The notes beneath the pieces were generated by a model. That model was not told the DNA's origin. It did no database searches and saw only the letters and a program-made list of their open reading frames with translations. Positions 58,020-64,000 of a DNA stretch of 64,000 bases are shown piece after piece (within the stretch, counting starts at the first letter, position 1; each line of letters opens with the position of its first letter). The translations under genes and the position numbers were made by a program. The DNA is from Candidatus Limnocylindrales bacterium. Lineage in GTDB: Bacteria > Moduliflexota > Moduliflexia > Moduliflexales > JAUQPW01. The stretch is from the NCBI GenBank assembly GCA_035559535.1, contig DATMBG010000032.1:1-64000 (forward strand), given 5' to 3'.

Positions 58020-59753
58020 TTATTCAGAACAAGGTAAACTTACTTCAAAAATTGTACCCTCGTTAATTTTACTTTTTACTTTAATAATCCCCTGATGATT
58101 CTCGATAATGTTATGTACGATAGCCAATCCCAGCCCTGTTCCGTTTTCCTTAGTGGTAAAAAACGGAACAAAGATCTTTTCTAAGTCTTCCGACTTTATT
58201 CCATAACCGGTATCCTGAATGGTAATTGTACACCAGGAGCGTCGGCTATTTTTAATTTCAGGAGGAGCTAATTTTTTAGATGGAGAGATATCTTTTCCAT
58301 CCAGGTTTCCTTCGATTTTCTTTACAGAGATCAGGAGAATTCCTCCTCTTGGCATGGCTTGAACAGCGTTGAGGCACAAATTCCATAAAACCTGACGCAT
58401 TTGTTGTCGATCACATACGACCCAGAGGGGTTCCTGGGGATAGATTTTCTCGATATGAATGAGATCTGAGCATTCCGGGCTATTTTTGAGGAGAACGAGT
58501 GTAGGATCAATGATCTCGCGGATGATGTCAAATTTATTAAGGGTTAAAGGAGTCGGACGGGCATACACCAAAAAATCGGTAATGATATTGTTGAGGCGGG
58601 TGGACTCACGAATAATAATATCCATGAGGGTTCGGCTTTCTTCTTCCAGCTTAAGATCGGCTTTTAGCATCTGAACGGATCCCTTAATAGAAGCCAGGGG
58701 ATTTCTTATTTCGTGGGCTATTCCTGCGGCTAACTCTCCTAATGCAGCCAGACGATCGGACCGCCTAACCTGCTCTTCCATTTCTCGGAGTTCTGTAAGA
58801 TCCTGAAAGATAATGGTTAACCCTGTTACTTCATTCCGCCGAATATTTTTAAGAATAGAGGCCGTCATCCCCAGATACATAGTAGTGCCGTCCTTAGACT
58901 TAACCATTTTTTGAAAGCGGTACGAGGATTGGTTCGTTTTTTCCATCATGTCAAAGATTTCTTTAACACAGACTCCGGGCAATATCTGATCCAGATCGGC
59001 CCCATAGGCCTCTTCAAATTTATATCCGGTTATTTCCTCGGCAGCTCGATTGTAGGAGGTAATTTTCCCTACAAGATTGGTTGTTAAGAGACCACTACTC
59101 ATACTCTGCAGGATATTTTTGTGGAATACTTGAAGTTCGTTGAGGTCACTGGAAGTTTCTTGCAGTTGTTCATGGGTTATTTTTAGGGATTCGGCCAGGT
59201 AACTACTCAGGAAAGCTACGAGATAAAAAGCACAGACATTGAGAAAGATATTATAGTAGAAGGAACTGATATTTAAGGTTGTAAAGGGGAATCCTGGAGG
59301 TCCATAGATAGGGATAATTTCATAATACTGGAGGGTCGCTAAAGTCCCGTACAATAAACTACTCAGGGAAGCCATCACAAAGGCGCCTTTACGGAACAAG
59401 ATAATGCTGGCGGCGATAATCGAAAAAATATAGGTAAAAGAGAAAAAACTTTTAATTCCACCGGTTACATAAACAAATCCGGTTTCAAAAAGTAAATCAC
59501 TGATAATTTGAAAGTAGGCCAGAATGTAAAAATTTCGAATGATTTTTAGAAGAATAATTGAAAAAACTGCGAAGAGGTAAGCAAAGATAATGAAGTTATA
59601 GAGAGGATCCAGTGCAGCCGGGTTTGCATTTTGAAGTTGAAACAGCAGGGCAGAACCCAAAGTTAACGTAATGACCACGATTCGAAGAAAAATCAGCCAT
59701 TTTATTTTATTAAATCCTGTTTCATTTTTAGAGTCATCTATATTCCGGCTCAT
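58020..59753 (-). CDS. pilS: Sensor histidine kinase PilS
   Basis: Multi-TM N-terminus with YVTGG; PAS-like region; AHEIRNPL; NAVQA; DTGYG; GTGLGL. Confidence 0.92.
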   Translation of the reverse strand: MSRNIDDSKNETGFNKIKWLIFLRIVVITLTLGSALLFQLQNANPAALDPLYNFIIFAYLFAVFSIILLKIIRNFYILAYFQIISDLLFETGFVYVTGGIKSFFSFTYIFSIIAASIILFRKGAFVMASLSSLLYGTLATLQYYEIIPIYGPPGFPFTTLNISSFYYNIFLNVCAFYLVAFLSSYLAESLKITHEQLQETSSDLNELQVFHKNILQSMSSGLLTTNLVGKITSYNRAAEEITGYKFEEAYGADLDQILPGVCVKEIFDMMEKTNQSSYRFQKMVKSKDGTTMYLGMTASILKNIRRNEVTGLTIIFQDLTELREMEEQVRRSDRLAALGELAAGIAHEIRNPLASIKGSVQMLKADLKLEEESRTLMDIIIRESTRLNNIITDFLVYARPTPLTLNKFDIIREIIDPTLVLLKNSPECSDLIHIEKIYPQEPLWVVCDRQQMRQVLWNLCLNAVQAMPRGGILLISVKKIEGNLDGKDISPSKKLAPPEIKNSRRSWCTITIQDTGYGIKSEDLEKIFVPFFTTKENGTGLGLAIVHNIIENHQGIIKVKSKINEGTIFEVSLPCSE

Positions 59754-59934
59754 TCATATTGGGTAGAGCAATTACACTCACCCTCCTTAGAGGGTGGGCT
59801 ATGCTCACCATAAAAAATCAATTTATTTCTTCGATGAGAAGAATTTATAAACTTAGTTTGTTGTACCCCCATGAATCTGAGAAGGGAGAATCATCTTTTT
59901 TCTATGACTTGCAGAAAGAAATCTAAAGGATTTA

Positions 59935-61149
59935 TTATCCGATATGCTTAATCAGACTAAAGATAGGCAGGTACATAGAGATAACGATCCCTCCCACGGT
60001 AATTCCCAGGAAAACAATCATCAAAGGTTCCAACAAGGAGGTTAAATTTTCTACGGCGCGATCTACTTCCTCCTCATAGAAGTCGGCGATTTTAGCCAAC
60101 ATGCTGTCTAAAGCCCCGCTCTGTTCGCCCACACTGACCATTTGAACGACCATAGGTGGAAAAACCTCGGTCAGTTCCAGGGGTTCTGCAATAGTTTTTC
60201 CCTCTTTAATACTGTTTCTTGTTTCCATTACGGCCAGCTCGATAATGGCGTTACCTGCGGTACGGGCTGTGATCTCCAATCCATCCAGTATAGGCACCCC
60301 ACTGCTAATCAGGGTACCCAGAGTTCTGGTAAATCGGGCAACGGAAGCCTTGGTAACCAGGTCTCCAAATATGGGGAGTTTCAAAATAAACGCATCGACC
60401 GTGCGGCGACCATTTTCGGTCGCATAGTATTTTTTGAAGAGGTAGCCGGCCACAACCAGACCAACCGCCAGGAAAGGTCCGAATCTGACTAAAAATTGAC
60501 TTAAGGCCATCACAAACAGAGTGGGACCCGGTAAGGGAGCTCCTAATCCTGTAAACAGCGAAGCAAAGGTAGGAATCACAAAGATAAGCAAGAACACCAC
60601 GACGACAATGGCTACGGTGATCACGGTAATGGGATAAATCATGGCCGATTTGATTTTGGCCCTTAAAGCCTGGGCTTTTTCCAGGTATCCGGCTAATCGG
60701 TTCAGGATGGTATCCAGAATACCACCGGCTTCTCCAGCTTCTACAAGGTTGGTAAACAAGTTATCAAAAACCTTCGGGTGTTTTCGTAAGGCATCTGCAA
60801 AGGTAGAGCCTTCTTCCACATCCACACGGAGTTTTTTAATAACTTCGGCGAAGGTTGGATTTTCTTGCTGATTCCCTAAAATTTCCAGACATTGGACCAG
60901 AGGGAGCCCTGCGTCGATCATGGTTGCAAACTGCCGGGTAAAAATAACCACGTCCTTCGTCTTAATTTTAGGCTTCATCATCGACGACAGGAAAGGAATT
61001 TCGATAGGCTTCGATTTAGGTTTAACCGAGTTGACATCTGCCCCTGTTTTATTTTTTATAAGCCGGATGGCAGCTTCCTTGTTGGGAGCTTCAATGGTTT
61101 TTTTAATCTTCCTACCCGCTATTTTAATTTTATATGTAAATTCCGGCAT
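59935..61149 (-). CDS. pilC: Type IV pilus platform protein PilC
   Basis: FTRQFATMIDAGLPL, GEAGGILD, GEQSGALD, MYLPIF. Confidence 0.96.
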   Translation of the reverse strand: MPEFTYKIKIAGRKIKKTIEAPNKEAAIRLIKNKTGADVNSVKPKSKPIEIPFLSSMMKPKIKTKDVVIFTRQFATMIDAGLPLVQCLEILGNQQENPTFAEVIKKLRVDVEEGSTFADALRKHPKVFDNLFTNLVEAGEAGGILDTILNRLAGYLEKAQALRAKIKSAMIYPITVITVAIVVVVFLLIFVIPTFASLFTGLGAPLPGPTLFVMALSQFLVRFGPFLAVGLVVAGYLFKKYYATENGRRTVDAFILKLPIFGDLVTKASVARFTRTLGTLISSGVPILDGLEITARTAGNAIIELAVMETRNSIKEGKTIAEPLELTEVFPPMVVQMVSVGEQSGALDSMLAKIADFYEEEVDRAVENLTSLLEPLMIVFLGITVGGIVISMYLPIFSLIKHIG

Positions 61150-61221
61150 AGTTGTTAAGTTCTAAAGGTCGGGTTCTAGTTTTATAGGGATTCTATGAAC
61201 TTAGAACTTAGATCTTAGAAC

Positions 61222-62316
61222 CTATACGGATAAACGATCCATAACGGCACCTTCCCGAGCCATCATTTGCTCGAATTCATCTAGATTAGGTGATCTCTTA
61301 AAAGCCTCGTTTTTACTGATCAAGCGTCTTTTGAACAGGCTGAGGAGGGATTGATTCATGGTCTGCATCCCGGTCTTTTCCTGTCCAACCTGCATCTGGG
61401 AATAAATCTGGTGGACTTTATCTTCCCGAATAAGGGCTCGAATAGCCGGGTTAGGGATCATGACTTCAACGGCCAAGACACGACCTCGCCCACTGGCCTT
61501 AGGGATCAGTTGCTGCGTGATAACCCCTTCCAGGACAAAGGACAGTTGAGCTCTGACCTGGGATTGTTGATAAGGTGGAAACACATCGATGATTCGATTG
61601 ATAGTTTGGGCACAGGAATTGGTATGCAGGGTAGCAAAAACCAGGTGTCCGGTTTCGGCGATAACCAAAGCCGATTCAATAGTTTCAAGATCCCGCATTT
61701 CGCCGATCAGGATAATATCTGGATCTTGTCTTAATACGTATTTAAGGGCTGCCTTAAAGGATTTGGTATCAGCCTGAACCTCTCGTTGATTGACGATACA
61801 ATTTTTATGTTCATGTAAATACTCGATGGGATCTTCGATAGTTATAATATGATCGTGGCGTTCGGTATTGATTTTATCAATCAAAGCCGCCAGGGTGGTC
61901 GACTTACCGCTTCCTGTAGGACCTGTCACGAGGACAAGACCCTGGGGTTTTTCAGCTAATTTGGAAACGGAGGGGGGGAGTCCCAACTCTTGAAAAGAGG
62001 GGATTTTATAAGGGATCGTTCTGAAGGCAGCCGCTACGGCCCCCCGTTGTTGAAAGGCATTACCCCGGAAGCGACTGAGTCCTTTCACACCAAAAGAAAA
62101 ATCCAACTCATTATTTTCCTCAAAGGTATGTTTTTGTGAATCGGTTAAAACGCTATAGACCAGCCGCTTGGTATCTGCCGGGGTGAGAGGTTCTTCCCCA
62201 TCGATGGGAATCAGGCTCCCATCTATACGGATTTGGGGAGGAGAACCACTGGTAATATGTAAATCCGAAGCACCCCGTTCAAACATTATTCTGAGTAACT
62301 CATGCAGATCGGACAT
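61222..62316 (-). CDS. pilT: Twitching motility ATPase PilT
   Basis: GPTGSGKSTT, LRQDPD, GHLVFATLH, AIRALIRE. Confidence 0.96.
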   Translation of the reverse strand: MSDLHELLRIMFERGASDLHITSGSPPQIRIDGSLIPIDGEEPLTPADTKRLVYSVLTDSQKHTFEENNELDFSFGVKGLSRFRGNAFQQRGAVAAAFRTIPYKIPSFQELGLPPSVSKLAEKPQGLVLVTGPTGSGKSTTLAALIDKINTERHDHIITIEDPIEYLHEHKNCIVNQREVQADTKSFKAALKYVLRQDPDIILIGEMRDLETIESALVIAETGHLVFATLHTNSCAQTINRIIDVFPPYQQSQVRAQLSFVLEGVITQQLIPKASGRGRVLAVEVMIPNPAIRALIREDKVHQIYSQMQVGQEKTGMQTMNQSLLSLFKRRLISKNEAFKRSPNLDEFEQMMAREGAVMDRLSV

Positions 62317-62318
62317 AC

Positions 62319-64000
62319 TTAATCTCCTAAGGTAACACTTAAAACCTGTTCCAGAGAGGTAATCCCTTCTTTAAGTTTGGCAAGTCCACTGGCCCTCAGG
62401 GTTAACATTCCGTTTTGAATAGCCTGAGCTTTCAATTCATCGGTCGAGGCTCCCCTCAGGATTAACTCCCGAATATTGGGTTTGACGACCATGACCTCAT
62501 ACAGAGCAATACGCCCCTTATACCCCGTCTTATTACACATTTCACACCCTTTACCCTTGTAAGGCGTAATGGTTCTGGCTTCTTCCTCACTCAATCCAGC
62601 TCGAATGAGGACATCCATAGGAAGTTTTTCAGGTTCCTTACATTTTTGGCATATTTTCTTCAGCAATCTTTGCGCCACAATCAATAAGACCGAAGACGCT
62701 ACCAGAAAAGGCTCTATCCCCATATTTAAAAGGCGATTCACCGTGCTGGGGGCATCATTGGTATGAAGGGTACTCAAGACTAAATGCCCGGTAAGAGCGG
62801 CTTTGATGGCTATTTCAGCCGTTTCAAAATCTCGTATCTCCCCAACCAGAATAATATCCGGATCCTGGCGCAGGAAAGCCCTCAAGGCACTGGCAAAGGT
62901 AAGACCCACATCTTCCCGCATCTGCACCTGATTGATTCCCATAAGATTAAACTCTACCGGATCCTCAGCCGTCACAATGTTTACATCGGTGGTATTTAAC
63001 GACTGCAAGGCCGAATAAAGGGTCGTTGTTTTACCACTTCCCGTGGGTCCGGTTACCAGGATCATTCCGTAAGGTTTACGAATTGCCTCCTTAAAGTCTT
63101 CCAGGGATTGAGGTTCAAACCCGAGTTTGGTTAAGTCCAGTTGTAAGGTAGATTTATCCAGTAACCGTAAAACAATTTTTTCTCCAAACAGGGTGGGAAG
63201 CGTAGAAACCCGAAAATCGATCTCTTTTTTCTTACCCAGTTTCAATTTGATACGCCCATCCTGGGGGAGCCGTTTCTCCGCGATGTCCAGGTTGGACATA
63301 ATTTTAATTCTGGAGACCACGGAATTCTTTAAAGTAAGCGGTAAACTCATGACCGGATACAGGTCCCCATCCAGTCGATACCGAACTCTGAAAACTTTTT
63401 CATAAGGCTCGATATGGATATCGCTGACTTTCCTTTGTACAGCATTGAGAAGGATCCCGTTCACAAGCTTTACAATGGGGGCATCCACCTCGGTAATAAC
63501 CCCTTCCTCCTCTTTTTCTTCTACCACCTCGACATTTTCTATGGCTCCCTTAACAATTTTATCAAATTCATTAATATCGACGGTGGGACTCATCTCCATT
63601 TCTATGGTATCCCCCTCGATCTCATCTTCCGTCATGGAGAAATCCTTATAATTAATCGCTTCGACCTTCTTTTCTTCTTGTCCTTCAGAGGCGGCTGCTT
63701 TTTTATCCTTTTTACCGTAATGTCGATTAATTGCTTCTATGATAGAGCTTTCAGAGGCAACGACCGGCTCGATGTTGTAATTCGTCATAAACTTGATATC
63801 ATCCATGGCGAAAACATCGGAGGGGTCTGCCATAGCAAGGGTCAAGATATTTCCCACACGACTGATGGGAATGACCATATACTTCTTAGCTACGGAAACC
63901 GGGATAGTCTCAAGAACCGACTCTTCAATATGAAAAGTATCTAAATCGATGGCAGGAACTCCAAACTGACTACTTAAACAGGAAAGGATCGAGTCTTCAT
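62319..64000 (-). CDS. pilB: Type IV pilus assembly ATPase PilB (5' end outside the window)
   Basis: SDIHIEP, RLPQDG, GPTGSGKTT, Zn-binding CxxC...CxxC; the frame is open from 63878 to the window edge. Confidence 0.96.
   Translation of the reverse strand, partial: EDSILSCLSSQFGVPAIDLDTFHIEESVLETIPVSVAKKYMVIPISRVGNILTLAMADPSDVFAMDDIKFMTNYNIEPVVASESSIIEAINRHYGKKDKKAAASEGQEEKKVEAINYKDFSMTEDEIEGDTIEMEMSPTVDINEFDKIVKGAIENVEVVEEKEEEGVITEVDAPIVKLVNGILLNAVQRKVSDIHIEPYEKVFRVRYRLDGDLYPVMSLPLTLKNSVVSRIKIMSNLDIAEKRLPQDGRIKLKLGKKKEIDFRVSTLPTLFGEKIVLRLLDKSTLQLDLTKLGFEPQSLEDFKEAIRKPYGMILVTGPTGSGKTTTLYSALQSLNTTDVNIVTAEDPVEFNLMGINQVQMREDVGLTFASALRAFLRQDPDIILVGEIRDFETAEIAIKAALTGHLVLSTLHTNDAPSTVNRLLNMGIEPFLVASSVLLIVAQRLLKKICQKCKEPEKLPMDVLIRAGLSEEEARTITPYKGKGCEMCNKTGYKGRIALYEVMVVKPNIRELILRGASTDELKAQAIQNGMLTLRASGLAKLKEGITSLEQVLSVTLGD

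Overview
A 64-kb chromosomal segment from a diderm bacterium (waaA, pdxJ, tlyA, rimO, tRNA-Arg), carrying a pilB-pilT-pilC-pilS-pilR-pilA type IV pilus cluster in the order seen in deltaproteobacteria-like genomes. The window is rich in envelope glycosylation genes: a DPPR-synthase-like UbiA, three GT4 enzymes and about five GT-C-type membrane proteins. I see no CRISPR array, rRNA, prophage or intact transposase. Main points: (1) a 537-aa protein that appears to fuse two Hfq/Sm-like domains to a C-terminal ParB/Srx-like domain, encoded 3 bp after an atypical HisD paralogue. (2) A TlpA/ResA-like selenoprotein cut short by the ORF track, with an in-frame UGA in a W-U-G-I-C motif and a SECIS-like hairpin. 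(3) The pilin gene is flanked by an O-ligase/TPR protein, an AglB-like STT3 enzyme with a non-canonical NWSFG motif, and a YfhO protein. (4) A stand-alone operon encoding an SBP-OmpA fusion, a coiled-coil protein and a vWA lipoprotein. (5) Palindromic repeats, a MITE and REP-like hairpins, several lying in-frame inside genes. All family calls come from motif recognition by eye; no database searches were run.
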